Part shown: one piece after another, positions 31,873-41,511 of the stretch
How positions within the stretch are numbered: position 1 is the stretch's first letter
How the letters are laid out: each line of letters starts with the position of its first letter
Source: an uncultured Candidatus Saccharibacteria bacterium
Lineage (GTDB): Bacteria > Patescibacteriota > Minisyncoccia > Phycocordibacterales > UBA2100
DNA length: 64,000 nt
Direction of reading: 5' to 3'
Assembly: GCA_964362175.1 (NCBI GenBank)
Contig: CAYIDD010000001.1
Location: forward strand, 64,569-128,568
Notes under the pieces: generated by a model
The model's input: the letters and a program-made list of their open reading frames with translations, nothing else
Databases searched by the model: none
What the model was told of the DNA's origin: nothing
Translations under genes and position numbers: made by a program

Positions 31873-31879
31873 ACCGCTC

Positions 31880-32539
31880 TTATGTGCCCGCCCCATCGTC
31901 GAGCCAGCGACGAAGATTTTCTGAGATACTGAACGTCCGGATCTTAAAAGCACCGGTCTGCCATGTGACGGTTACGGTGATACGCAACTCATCCTGCCCA
32001 CCTCCGACAAGTGAGGCGTGTACGGTCCGCGTAAAGTGCGTCGGCGCTCCGCCGGAATCATATCCATAGAGAGTGCCATCCGTTTCGATCGGTTTGCATA
32101 CTCCCCCCGGATCCTGCGAACACGACTTGATCGCAGTCGCGGGATCTGAGATGCGCGCATCAATTCTGAACGGCTCATTGAGCGGGATCGCACCGAATAT
32201 GTCGATCGGGATTCCCGTTGGATTCAGCGCGATCTGAAGGATCTGTCCATCGCGTATACTTCGCAGAGCTTCTATCGCCTCCTGTCCGAGGTGGAACGCG
32301 GTGATCTGATCGCGCGCATAGTATGCGGCCGAAAGACTTTTTGTCGTAAGCGCCATGGGGGCTACGATCGCAACCGAAAGGAGCGAGATGGCGACCAGGG
32401 TCTCGATGAGGGTAAACCCCGTTAGAGAGCTACGTCGCGCTGGGCGGAAAGTCGAACGATTTTTCTCTAGTGGGGTAAATCCCCTGATACTTTTCTTTGA
32501 AAAGTGGCGGGGGGTACGTCGTGCGTTCACGTATTGCAT
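31880..32539 (-). CDS. type IV pilin-like protein (minor pilin candidate)
   Basis: GFTLIETLVAISLL class-III signal motif; long leader suggests true start downstream/alternative. Confidence 0.7.
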   Translation of the reverse strand: MQYVNARRTPRHFSKKSIRGFTPLEKNRSTFRPARRSSLTGFTLIETLVAISLLSVAIVAPMALTTKSLSAAYYARDQITAFHLGQEAIEALRSIRDGQILQIALNPTGIPIDIFGAIPLNEPFRIDARISDPATAIKSCSQDPGGVCKPIETDGTLYGYDSGGAPTHFTRTVHASLVGGGQDELRITVTVTWQTGAFKIRTFSISENLRRWLDDGAGT

Positions 32540-32542
32540 ATT

Positions 32543-33133
32543 TTATATATCGAGCACCCGCTGCACCGCGGTTGCCTGTACGTGGAACGTCGTACGTGCC
32601 GTGGAGCCGACAGTTCCGGCGCTTCCCTTAACGATGATGATGATCTTGGGCTGGCTCGAATCTCCGGGTGTTGTGCCGACCACATAGAATTTCAGATCAT
32701 CGATCGTAACCTCCGGCGCAGTAATGGATGATGCATCGAGGAGAGATCCGGTGACCGATCTCTTGAGCTCGTGCGTACTGGGATCAAACAGGTAGATCCA
32801 TGGTGGATCCGCGGGCGTACTACCGTACGGCCTAAACGCGAGGATCGTGCCGCCGTTAATGCAGTCACTGGGGTTCTCGTAGTCGCTCCCGCCACACGAG
32901 CCATCCCCTCCGGCGCCGTGATACACGCTTCCCATGCGCGCGGAACGGGCAATGCTGTCAAGCGCGATGCTGAGGTTGTTTATCACCGACTGCAGGGCCT
33001 GCGCCTTGCGGTTCGCATTCACGAGAGCGAGTAGTGTGCTGACGGAAACGAGCATCACGATCGCAAAGAGCGCAACCGCGACGATCATTTCAACGAGCGT
33101 GAATCCGGCGGTATGTGTCGTCTTACGGAGCAT
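32543..33133 (-). CDS. type IV pilin-like protein (minor pilin candidate)
   Basis: AGFTLVEMIVAVALFAIV prepilin motif. Confidence 0.75.
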   Translation of the reverse strand: MLRKTTHTAGFTLVEMIVAVALFAIVMLVSVSTLLALVNANRKAQALQSVINNLSIALDSIARSARMGSVYHGAGGDGSCGGSDYENPSDCINGGTILAFRPYGSTPADPPWIYLFDPSTHELKRSVTGSLLDASSITAPEVTIDDLKFYVVGTTPGDSSQPKIIIIVKGSAGTVGSTARTTFHVQATAVQRVLDI

Positions 33134-33134
33134 A

Positions 33135-33779
33135 TTATTGGTTCTGCCGCCTCACCGATATTTGGCCATTCGTCTCGACGACAACGCTCATGGTGTTTCC
33201 CCGCGGGGAGATGAGTGAAATACGCGCGCTTGTTTGGCACGTTCCGCCCGGAAGGATGCACGATATCTCGGATGCGCTGATCCACGCATCGGGTTCCGGT
33301 CGAACGAAAAGTATGTCGAGCTTTTGCACGGGGGTACAGGTCGCCGCATCTGTGCCCGCGGGAGCACAGAGGCCCTGAATGCGGTACCCGCCCGTTATTT
33401 CGGTCGTCTCGACCAATTCGCAGTTATTGGTCCCCGGGTTGGGGCAATCGTACATACCGTTTGGCGTTAGCGCATCGGCAAATATCGCGTAGGCGGTTGC
33501 GCTCGCTGGATTTGTGACATCAAAGTGGACACCGTAGCCTGCTGAGAACGTGCTTTCTCCGAAACGTGCGACCGATATGCCGTAGACCTGAGCTTGTCGA
33601 ATGGAGAGTGCGATGTTGTAGGTCAGATTTTCGAGTTGTACCACCCCGCCAAAACGAGAATTACTCACGAGCGCAACCGCCGTGACGACAACAATGATGG
33701 CGGTAACCACGAGCAGCTCTATCAAAGTAAAAGCCCGAGGCCGAGCGTTGGGTCGATACCGTATAGAAGGCTGAGCCAT
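33135..33779 (-). CDS. type IV pilin-like protein (minor pilin candidate)
   Basis: RAFTLIELLVVTAIIVVV prepilin motif; start overlaps pilD 3' end. Confidence 0.75.
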   Translation of the reverse strand: MAQPSIRYRPNARPRAFTLIELLVVTAIIVVVTAVALVSNSRFGGVVQLENLTYNIALSIRQAQVYGISVARFGESTFSAGYGVHFDVTNPASATAYAIFADALTPNGMYDCPNPGTNNCELVETTEITGGYRIQGLCAPAGTDAATCTPVQKLDILFVRPEPDAWISASEISCILPGGTCQTSARISLISPRGNTMSVVVETNGQISVRRQNQ

Positions 33780-34573
33780 AGTGTTATGCAGCTGAAAACG
33801 AGAAACGGTCCGAATGGGATCTCACTCGTCATTGTAAACCCTCCACCCGCGTTTTCCATAAAAGTTATCCCATGTGTGTGTAGCCACCGGAGGATGCGTG
33901 GTAGGGGGAGGAGGATGCACACGGAAATGAGCGCGCCGACGACGAACGCCGCGAAGATGGCGGTGATGCCAAGTGTCGGCCCGAGCAGCCAGCCGATACC
34001 GAGGGCCAATTTCGCATCTCCCAAACCCATCCAGCGCCCCCCCGAAACAAGCCAGAGAAGAAAAAGGGGCAGCGCTGCGATCGGACCGGAACACACATAC
34101 AATATGAACGACACTGATGGGTCGAGCAAAAAGAGCGGTCCCATGACAAACAGCGTCAGCGCAGAAAATGTGTACGCCCACGCGTCGGGAATGATGGTGT
34201 GCCGGAGATCATACACGGCAATTGCGATAAGAATGGCGCCGATGATGCAGAAGAGCGCCTTGTAGAGAATGTCGAACGACGGCGCTCCTCCGATGAGCGC
34301 GAAGAGGACCGCGGTCATTGCTTCGACCAGTGGATACTGGATCGAGATACGCGCAAAGCAGCGACGGCACTTTCCGGAAAGCATTATCCACGACACTACG
34401 GGGATCATGTCGGTCCATGTGAGCTGCCTCCCGCATGTCATGCACGCGCTTCTGCCACCAAGTGACCGAACGCCATGACGAATGATCAGCACATTGAGAA
34501 AACTTCCGACGATGAGACCGAAAAGACCGAACAGAAGTGCCGTGAGCATTGGTAGGAGTATACCCCTTATCAC
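33722..34573 (-). CDS. pilD: prepilin peptidase (A24 family)
   Basis: 283 aa; N-terminal Zn-binding CxxC...CxxC pair, polytopic, A24 Asp motifs. Confidence 0.85.
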   Translation of the reverse strand: MIRGILLPMLTALLFGLFGLIVGSFLNVLIIRHGVRSLGGRSACMTCGRQLTWTDMIPVVSWIMLSGKCRRCFARISIQYPLVEAMTAVLFALIGGAPSFDILYKALFCIIGAILIAIAVYDLRHTIIPDAWAYTFSALTLFVMGPLFLLDPSVSFILYVCSGPIAALPLFLLWLVSGGRWMGLGDAKLALGIGWLLGPTLGITAIFAAFVVGALISVCILLPLPRILRWLHTHGITFMENAGGGFTMTSEIPFGPFLVFSCITLWLSLLYGIDPTLGLGLLL

Positions 34574-34664
34574 TTTTCAGAGAAAAGTGATAAGGGGTAT
34601 AGCGCATGACAAAACGCCCCTCGACAATGCTCGGGGCGTTTTGTAGTTTAAACCTAGAGAACGA

Positions 34665-35174
34665 CTACGGCTTCACGTCGAAGCAGGCAACCCCGGCGTC
34701 GCCCGTGGCACACTTGGCGCCATCGTCACCACTGAAATCAGGGTTTCCACCGGTACACACGGAGGTGCCGGTCGGCGTAGTGAGGATGTCCGCATCACTA
34801 TTCAGAGAGGCGTGGCCGGTCGTCTCAAGAGAGGTCCCAAGGTGGTAGCCGGAACAAATATCGGCGCTGGTCGATGCAGCCCAAGGCGAATACGGGTAGT
34901 CAACAGTATTGGTAGGATCTTTCGGCACCGTCGAGATATAACCATTGGAAACCACCGTTGTGGTGGACACCACTAGAGGGTACTCACCGAAGGCATCGTA
35001 GTAGAGCTCAAGCGCAAGCTGCAGCTGCTTTACGTCGGCGATACGGCGCGCATCGCGGCCCTTTTTACGGGCGCTGTTAAGGGAGGCCAATACCACGGAA
35101 GAAAGGATGCCGATGATCGCGATCACCACCAGAAGTTCGATCAGCGTAAAACCCCGCTTATAAGATTTTGCCAT
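34665..35174 (-). CDS. type IV major pilin candidate
   Basis: MAKSYKRGFTLIELLVVIAIIGILSSVVLASL canonical short leader + G/FTLIE; 169 aa; own promoter-like TTTCCA-17-TACAAT upstream. Confidence 0.8.
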   Translation of the reverse strand: MAKSYKRGFTLIELLVVIAIIGILSSVVLASLNSARKKGRDARRIADVKQLQLALELYYDAFGEYPLVVSTTTVVSNGYISTVPKDPTNTVDYPYSPWAASTSADICSGYHLGTSLETTGHASLNSDADILTTPTGTSVCTGGNPDFSGDDGAKCATGDAGVACFDVKP

Positions 35175-35383
35175 AGAGATTCTAAAAATTAGCCGTTAAG
35201 GCGACTCAATAATGTGGATTCATTGTATACCCCCTTTCGGGGGTGGAAATTTTGCGTGTGGATAACCCATTTTCCGAGCGTCGCGAGGAACATACCCCGT
35301 TAAATGCGGCTCCGTCGAGCCGCCCCGTCTCCGGCGGGATTTAACGGGGCTAGAAAAATACAGTCCCTCCGGTCCTTATTTTT
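35175..35383 (-). promoter_or_regulatory. structured 209-nt leader/intergenic region upstream of major pilin with three perfect inverted-repeat modules and putative sigma70-like promoter
   Basis: hairpin CCCCC-TTTC-GGGGG (35229..35244) inside promoter spacer; 11-bp IR ccccgttaaat/atttaacgggg enclosing hairpin GCGGCTC-CGTC-GAGCCGC (35295..35349); 11-bp IR ctagaaaaata/tatttttctag (35350..35387) abutting pilC stop. Confidence 0.5.
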
Positions 35384-36592
35384 CTAGAAACTGGAGGCGA
35401 TGTTGTAGATGGGTAGGAGCACGGAGGCAAGGAGTATTGCGACCCCTACGGCAAGTACGACGATCATGAGCGGTTCAATGAGCCCAACGAGGGTATCGAC
35501 GGCATTATTGACCTCTCGCCTGTAGAATCGGGCCATCGTTTCGAGGATCTTCCCCATATTACCCGTCTCCTCGCCGATCTTGACCATAGCAACAACGATG
35601 CCGGGAATTTCCGGATGCTTGCGGAACGCCTCCGAAAGCGGTAACCCCCCCTTTACATCGACCGCAACACTCGCCAAGATCTTTTCGTACACGGCATCCC
35701 CCACCACAGAGCCGGTGATCTCGAGGCCGCGAAGCACCTGAATACCGCTCCGAAGCATGGTCGAGAGATTGTCTGAGAGGCGGGAAAGGAATATCTTCTG
35801 ATAGATATTGCCGATGGCGGGGGCTTCAAGACGGGCACGGGAGAGCACCTCCCTTCCCCGTGCCGTGAGCGAAAACCGGTAGAGGAAAACCGCGCCTACG
35901 ACAAGCAAAATAACAATGAGGAGAAGATAATTTGTGACGAATTGCGAGATACCGATCACGGCCCGCGTGTAAATGGGCACGCTCTGCCCGACCTCGGCGA
36001 GCATGTTCGCGAGGTTCGGAATAACGAGCGTCATCATGAGGACCATGACGACCAGGAACGTGAGCATGATGAATGCGGGATACACCAGCGCATTCCGGGC
36101 CTTTTGCGTAAGCTCATAGTTTCTGTCCAGATAATCGGCGAGGAACGCGAACGTCTCGTCCAGCTTCCCCGATTCTTCACCCGCCCGCACCATGTTCACG
36201 TAAAATGCCGAGAACACCTCTGGATGCCTCCCGAGCGAAGCGGCTATCGAGCTGCCGCTTTGCAGATCATTCGCGACCGCGGTCAACTTTTCCCCGAGTG
36301 CGGGAGTACGCGCCTCTGCCGCGAGCAATCGGAACGCGCGCAGCGCGGAGACCTGTGCCTCGAACAGCGTCGTGATCTGACGACTGAGCATGACGATATC
36401 AGCATTCGTGACACGATCAAAGAGCGAGAATCGCGTTGAGAGCAGGGATTTATTTTCGACGGGATCAATGCCCGAGATCACCAGACCCCTCCTCTGGATA
36501 GCCGCGATCGCGACATCCATGTTGACCGCATCGATCGTACCGTGCCGTTCATTTCCCTGGGCATCGAGCGCGGTGTAGGTGAACAGCGCCAT
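35384..36592 (-). CDS. pilC: type IV pilus assembly platform protein PilC (GspF family)
   Basis: 402 aa; two GspF repeats, three TM. Confidence 0.9.
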   Translation of the reverse strand: MALFTYTALDAQGNERHGTIDAVNMDVAIAAIQRRGLVISGIDPVENKSLLSTRFSLFDRVTNADIVMLSRQITTLFEAQVSALRAFRLLAAEARTPALGEKLTAVANDLQSGSSIAASLGRHPEVFSAFYVNMVRAGEESGKLDETFAFLADYLDRNYELTQKARNALVYPAFIMLTFLVVMVLMMTLVIPNLANMLAEVGQSVPIYTRAVIGISQFVTNYLLLIVILLVVGAVFLYRFSLTARGREVLSRARLEAPAIGNIYQKIFLSRLSDNLSTMLRSGIQVLRGLEITGSVVGDAVYEKILASVAVDVKGGLPLSEAFRKHPEIPGIVVAMVKIGEETGNMGKILETMARFYRREVNNAVDTLVGLIEPLMIVVLAVGVAILLASVLLPIYNIASSF

Positions 36593-36595
36593 ACG

Positions 36596-37660
36596 TTAAA
36601 GGAGTTTTTGCAGGATATTCGGGTTCAAAGAATACTCATACGCACTTTCGGGGGTGATCTCGCCGCGGGCTACCAACTCTGCAAGAGACCGGTTCATATC
36701 GATCATACCCTCGGTCGAACTCGTCTCGATCACCGTATTGATCTCGTGCGTGCGCTTCTCCCGAATGAGATTCGCGACCGCTTTGTTGTTTATCAGGAGC
36801 TCGTACGCAGGAATGAGGCCTCCGGAAATACGCGGGATGAGACGCTGGGAGAATATACCCGCAAGAGAAGCGGCGAGTTGAAGCCGTATCTGATCTTGCT
36901 GACTGGCCGCGAATGTATCAATGATGCGATCGATGGTCTGGGCGGCGTTATTGGTGTGGAGCGTTGAGAGCACGAGGTGACCCGTCTCCGCAGCAGTGAC
37001 CGCGGCGGCCATGGTCTCGGGGCCGCGCATTTCCCCTACCAATATGACATCCACATCTTCGCGGAACGCCGAGAGAAGCGCGGACGCAAAATCTTTCGTG
37101 TCTATACCCACTTCGCGTTGCTCGATCAGAGACTGTTTTGGTTCAAAAATATGTTCTATCGGGTCTTCAATGGTGATGATGTGCTCCATGCGCTCCGTAT
37201 TGATAACCTCGATCATGGAGGCGAGTGTCGTTGTCTTCCCCTGCCCCACGGGACCGACGACCAGAAAGAACCCCTGTGATTTCCGTGCGAATGAAAGGAT
37301 CGTATCCGGAAGGTTGAGTTCTTGTATCGTTCGGATCTTTTTGGGAATAAGCCGCAGTGCGATACCTACCGCTCCCCGTTGGAAGAACGCGTTGCCGCGA
37401 AAACGCAGATTATCGGCGCTCTCGTACGCGAAATCTATCTCCTGCTTCTCCAAAAACCGCTTCTCCTGATCCGCCGAGATCATCGCCTTCAAGAACCCCC
37501 GCGTATCCTCCGACGTGAGAATGTCCTCCTTGAGCATCGGCGTCAGTGATCCGGAGACACGTATCGTGGGGTGAGCGCCCGTCGAGAAATGCAGGTCCGA
37601 CCCGCCTTCGTGTGCCAGCACATTGATATATTTTTTGAACAGTGCTTGATAGTCATTCAT
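36596..37660 (-). CDS. pilT: type IV pilus retraction ATPase PilT
   Basis: 354 aa; Walker A GPVGQGKTTT, Asp box, His box LSTLHTNNAAQTIDRI. Confidence 0.9.
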   Translation of the reverse strand: MNDYQALFKKYINVLAHEGGSDLHFSTGAHPTIRVSGSLTPMLKEDILTSEDTRGFLKAMISADQEKRFLEKQEIDFAYESADNLRFRGNAFFQRGAVGIALRLIPKKIRTIQELNLPDTILSFARKSQGFFLVVGPVGQGKTTTLASMIEVINTERMEHIITIEDPIEHIFEPKQSLIEQREVGIDTKDFASALLSAFREDVDVILVGEMRGPETMAAAVTAAETGHLVLSTLHTNNAAQTIDRIIDTFAASQQDQIRLQLAASLAGIFSQRLIPRISGGLIPAYELLINNKAVANLIREKRTHEINTVIETSSTEGMIDMNRSLAELVARGEITPESAYEYSLNPNILQKLL

Positions 37661-37678
37661 AGTGAAATGATACCAGTG

Positions 37679-38077
37679 CTACGGGCGCTTTTTTTTCAAT
37701 TCCTCCTCGACCGTGTTGACAACTTCAGATGGGATCATGCTTGCCTTGACGATGTAGCGATCCGCGCCCGACTCGACCGCTTTTGCTTTTTCCGTATTCT
37801 CGCTCTGGTTCGTGAGAGCGATCCTGAGCGCTTTGGGCGCCAATTTCTCTTGGGACAAGATGTCGAGAAATGCGAAACCGTCGAGTTCGGGCATGGTGAG
37901 ATCGAGAAGGATGGTATCGGGCTTAAAACCCGCGCGCAGTACGTCAAGCGCCTCCTTCCCCGATACACACGCCTCAACAGCGTAGCCCGCTGCCGAAAAC
38001 TTCATGCTATACATGTCCAAAAGGAATTTATCATCGTCCACTAGGAGGATCTTCCCCTTTTCGGTTACGTTGTTCAT
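37679..38077 (-). CDS. stand-alone response-regulator receiver domain (CheY-like)
   Basis: ORF 37679..38119, start at MNNVTEKGKILLVDDD; phospho-acceptor Asp in LLDLTMPELDG, conserved K. Confidence 0.8.
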   Translation of the reverse strand: MNNVTEKGKILLVDDDKFLLDMYSMKFSAAGYAVEACVSGKEALDVLRAGFKPDTILLDLTMPELDGFAFLDILSQEKLAPKALRIALTNQSENTEKAKAVESGADRYIVKASMIPSEVVNTVEEELKKKRP

Positions 38078-38084
38078 ATATGTT

Positions 38085-39809
38085 TCATTCTTTTTCCGGC
38101 TCGGCCGACACTTTCGCATCAGGCTTTGTGTCCGTATCCGCCGTTTCGGTGTCTCCCGCCGACAAAATCGTACTCAATGTATTGACTTCCGAGAACGGAA
38201 CGTGTTTGTCGAACGCTTTCATCATAGCATCCTCCTGCATGGTGAGCATGCCCTGCGCGCGCGCCGCCGCCCAGATACGAGAGTCGACAGGGTTATCAAG
38301 GACGATCCTCTCGATCTCCGAGGACATCCCTAACACTTCGAATACGGCCATACGACCACGCAAACCCGTCGGACATGTCGGGGTACGCACCGCCTCATAT
38401 ACGTGGTCGGGAATTTTGAACCGATACTTCTCAGGCAAAGAGGATAGTTGCGCTTCGATACGCTTGCGCTCCGACGGACCGATCGGCGTCTCCTTTGCGC
38501 CATCGGGACAAAACGTACGCACCAAACGCTGCGCGATAGAAAGTATAAGTACCGGCGGGATAAGGTACGGCTCGACACCCATGTCGATAAGACGCGGTAC
38601 CACTCCGACGGCATCATTGGTGTGGATGGTCGAAAGCACGAGGTGACCCGTGAGCGCCGCTTGGATCGCGAGCTTGGCGGTCTCGCCATCGCGGATCTCA
38701 CCCACCATGATGACGTCCGGGTCCTGTCGGAGTGTAGTGCGCAAGCCTGTTGCAAAGGTGTACCCGATCTCCGGATGCACTTGGGATTGGATAACGCCGT
38801 CAACGTAATATTCGATCGGGTCCTCAAGGGAGAGGACGTTCTTATGCTCGCGGTCCACTTCGGTGAGCATCGAATAGAGCGTGGTCGATTTTCCCGATCC
38901 CGTCGGTCCCGATATGAGGACGAGTCCGTGCGGCTGCTTGACCGCATTCCTGACGAGCTCAAGGTTTCGCTCCGAAAGCCCGATCTGATCCAGCGGAATG
39001 AACCCCTGATCACGGTCGAGAATACGAATAACCACCTTCTCCCCGTTGTACGAGGGGAACGTCGAAACACGGAAGTCGATCTGCCGTTTATCGATCGAGG
39101 CTGAGAAGCGGCCATCCTGCGGTTTCCGCATCTCGTCAAGACGAATGCTTGCAAGAACTTTCACGCGAGCAACGATCGCGCGGTGAGTGGATGCGGGAAG
39201 GACAACGCTGGTATGCAGTTCGCCGTCGACGCGGTAGCGCACACGCACGCCGGTAGGCTGCGGTTCGATGTGCACGTCAGAGGCCTTCCCGTCAACGGCA
39301 TACCTGAGGATCGTTGAGACGATCTTTATGGTCGGCGCGTCCTCTTGGATCTTTGCCATTCCTTCTCCCGGCCCCCTGCCGATCGAGGGATCATCGAGAT
39401 CGAGTGGCACCGCCTCGCCGCTCTCGCGGACCTTTCCTTTGTCTTTCGCGGTCTCGGTCTGAAGATCCGTGACGGCGCGTTCAACCTCGCTACCCAATCC
39501 CCGATACATGGAGAGCACGTGATCAAAATCCTCCTGCGAGATCTGGAATATCTTGTACGGCATTCCCGAAGTGCGTGTGATGAAGTTCAGGGCGTCGATC
39601 CCCTGTATATCATCGGGATCCAGCATGCCGATCTCGAGGACACCCTCTTCCACGCCGATCGGTACGAGACGATAATGGATTGCGGATTCTTCGGGAACAT
39701 GTCTCAGCACGTCGAACGCCACCTTCGTGTCCCCCAGGGAACGCTGCGAAACCGCCGTTGCGTTCGCGGGAGCGCTCGCTGCAGCCGTTATGGTTCCCTC
39801 TGCTGGCAT
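38085..39809 (-). CDS. pilB: type IV pilus assembly ATPase PilB (GspE family)
   Basis: 574 aa; N-terminal GSPII domain, Walker A GPTGSGKST, Asp/His boxes, tetracysteine-like region. Confidence 0.9.
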   Translation of the reverse strand: MPAEGTITAAASAPANATAVSQRSLGDTKVAFDVLRHVPEESAIHYRLVPIGVEEGVLEIGMLDPDDIQGIDALNFITRTSGMPYKIFQISQEDFDHVLSMYRGLGSEVERAVTDLQTETAKDKGKVRESGEAVPLDLDDPSIGRGPGEGMAKIQEDAPTIKIVSTILRYAVDGKASDVHIEPQPTGVRVRYRVDGELHTSVVLPASTHRAIVARVKVLASIRLDEMRKPQDGRFSASIDKRQIDFRVSTFPSYNGEKVVIRILDRDQGFIPLDQIGLSERNLELVRNAVKQPHGLVLISGPTGSGKSTTLYSMLTEVDREHKNVLSLEDPIEYYVDGVIQSQVHPEIGYTFATGLRTTLRQDPDVIMVGEIRDGETAKLAIQAALTGHLVLSTIHTNDAVGVVPRLIDMGVEPYLIPPVLILSIAQRLVRTFCPDGAKETPIGPSERKRIEAQLSSLPEKYRFKIPDHVYEAVRTPTCPTGLRGRMAVFEVLGMSSEIERIVLDNPVDSRIWAAARAQGMLTMQEDAMMKAFDKHVPFSEVNTLSTILSAGDTETADTDTKPDAKVSAEPEKE

Positions 39810-39818
39810 ACCATTCGC

Positions 39819-40196
39819 TTAGCGGCGCGGCGTAAATATCTGCGCATTTTTGGTGGTGCTTGCGGATGGAGCGGCTTGTAATGAGAGCGGCGCGAACGGG
39901 TTTTCGCGACCGATCGGTTCGGGAATAATTTCGGTCGAGAAATCTTTTAGGCTCATAAATGCCCGATCGCCGAATATGGTTCCGTCGAGCTTGACCGCGC
40001 GGAGCGTAAGGAGCGTTGCAACGATCCCCTGCTCTGCGGGACCCGATGCCCCCGCTATGGGTGTCGTGACGAGGCCGGGAGATGGCGGCGATGATGACAG
40101 CGATCCGTACCAGACACCGACCGCGATAAGGACGGCGACACCGATGAGTATGAGCTTATGTCGTCCGAGTGTTTGAATCATAATTATTTGAGCCAA
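39819..40196 (-). CDS. hypothetical membrane-anchored protein in pilus locus
   Basis: 125 aa, one TM, Pro/Ser-rich; position between pilO-like and pilB. Confidence 0.5.
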   Translation of the reverse strand: MAQIIMIQTLGRHKLILIGVAVLIAVGVWYGSLSSSPPSPGLVTTPIAGASGPAEQGIVATLLTLRAVKLDGTIFGDRAFMSLKDFSTEIIPEPIGRENPFAPLSLQAAPSASTTKNAQIFTPRR

Positions 40197-40789
40197 TAGG
40201 TCCGGAGTACGATCTTGAAACCGTAGAACGGTTCCGAAGCGGTCCGGGCACTTCCGGAAGAAACACCGGGGATATCCGCCGGAGAGGTGGGGTCTATCGA
40301 GAGCGAGACAAGATCGACGATGCGCAAACTCGATTCGAGGTCATCCAAAAACTTCTGGAACGTGCTGTACGTGGCGCGCGTCGCAAACGTCAGAGTGAGT
40401 GAATCATATTTCTGGCTGGACGCTCCTATCGCACCGACGGCGGTCTGGCTCTTTGTCGTTTCCGCGCCGGAATTCGACACATCAACATTTTGGAGAGAGA
40501 GTCCATAGCGGCTTGCGAGATTATCGAGGTCGAGAATGAGTCGGACGTTGTCTACATGATCCGGCAATAATTTATGGAGCCGCTCAAGATCGGTCGGATT
40601 AAACGCGTTGTAGCGTGAGAGCAGTGTTTGTTTGAGCTTTTGCAATTCAGCGGCTTTGTCGAGAGCTGCGTCGTACTGGGCGATCTGGACCTTCTTTGTT
40701 TGCACGCCATCATAAGCGGGCTTCGTGTACAGGAAGAAGATCCCGCCCGCGAGTGCGCATCCGACAATAGCTATGATGAGGCGCGTCAT
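40184..40789 (-). CDS. pilO: PilO-like pilus assembly protein
   Basis: start at MTRLIIAIVG; single TM then coiled coil and C-terminal domain typical of PilO. Confidence 0.55.
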   Translation of the reverse strand: MTRLIIAIVGCALAGGIFFLYTKPAYDGVQTKKVQIAQYDAALDKAAELQKLKQTLLSRYNAFNPTDLERLHKLLPDHVDNVRLILDLDNLASRYGLSLQNVDVSNSGAETTKSQTAVGAIGASSQKYDSLTLTFATRATYSTFQKFLDDLESSLRIVDLVSLSIDPTSPADIPGVSSGSARTASEPFYGFKIVLRTYWLK

Positions 40790-40790
40790 A

Positions 40791-41501
40791 TTAATTTTGA
40801 GAAGGCGCGACCTCGGGAGCGGCGCCCGCCCCCCCGAACGGGGAGGTCTCAGATGTTTGTTGTGCCGCCGCCCCCTCCGGTCCGAGAACGGGATTTTGCG
40901 GAGCGGCGCCCGTGCCGGCGACGCGCCCGACATAGCCTATCGCAACTGGGTTTACCGCCGCCGACAGGTTGAAGTGAACGCCATCTGCCTGACGCGCGAT
41001 ATTCGAGAATATCGGACTCGTGATGACGCCATTCTTGCTGAAGATATCCGCCTGGAGCGCGATCGAGTTCACGCTCTGCGCAACGCCCGCCATCGTGATC
41101 GTCATATGCTGCGCATCCGGCGCTTGAAGATCGAGCGATCGGAACGAAATGGTCGCAAGCGTCGCTTGCTGGAGCGCGAGAAAGAACAGGGTCGGTGCCA
41201 CGTGCGCTCCGAGGATACGGTCGGCGGCATGCATCCGGTCGTCAAGCCGCGTTAACTCATGAATGAGGGCGGGTTCGAACGCGGCCTTCGCGCGCTCAAG
41301 CTGCGCGAGCTTCGACGCACTTTCCGTTTGAAGATATTGCTCATACAAAAATACGCCAGCACCGAGCGCCGCAGACGCGACGAAGAGCACGATCGCGCAC
41401 AGCAAGAGCAGGTCGTTCAGCCCGCCGCCGCCTCGCCTCGCTGCGGGAGCAACGCCTGTATCGTGAGGTATGAACGATGTTGGTATTCCTGTTTCTGCCA
41501 T
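40791..41501 (-). CDS. pilN: PilN-like pilus assembly protein
   Basis: start at MAETGIP; single TM + coiled coil; Gly/Ala-rich tail. Confidence 0.55.
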   Translation of the reverse strand: MAETGIPTSFIPHDTGVAPAARRGGGGLNDLLLLCAIVLFVASAALGAGVFLYEQYLQTESASKLAQLERAKAAFEPALIHELTRLDDRMHAADRILGAHVAPTLFFLALQQATLATISFRSLDLQAPDAQHMTITMAGVAQSVNSIALQADIFSKNGVITSPIFSNIARQADGVHFNLSAAVNPVAIGYVGRVAGTGAAPQNPVLGPEGAAAQQTSETSPFGGAGAAPEVAPSQN

Positions 41502-41511
41502 ATTGATAGTA

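Noticed and set aside
33722-33779. 58-nt overlap between pilD 3' end and the start of the pilin gene 33135..33779, considered as evidence that one of them is mis-called
   Set aside because: Both products have strong family signatures up to their ends. Out-of-frame overlaps of this size occur in compact genomes. An alternative non-ATG start for the pilin could not be excluded but does not change the call.
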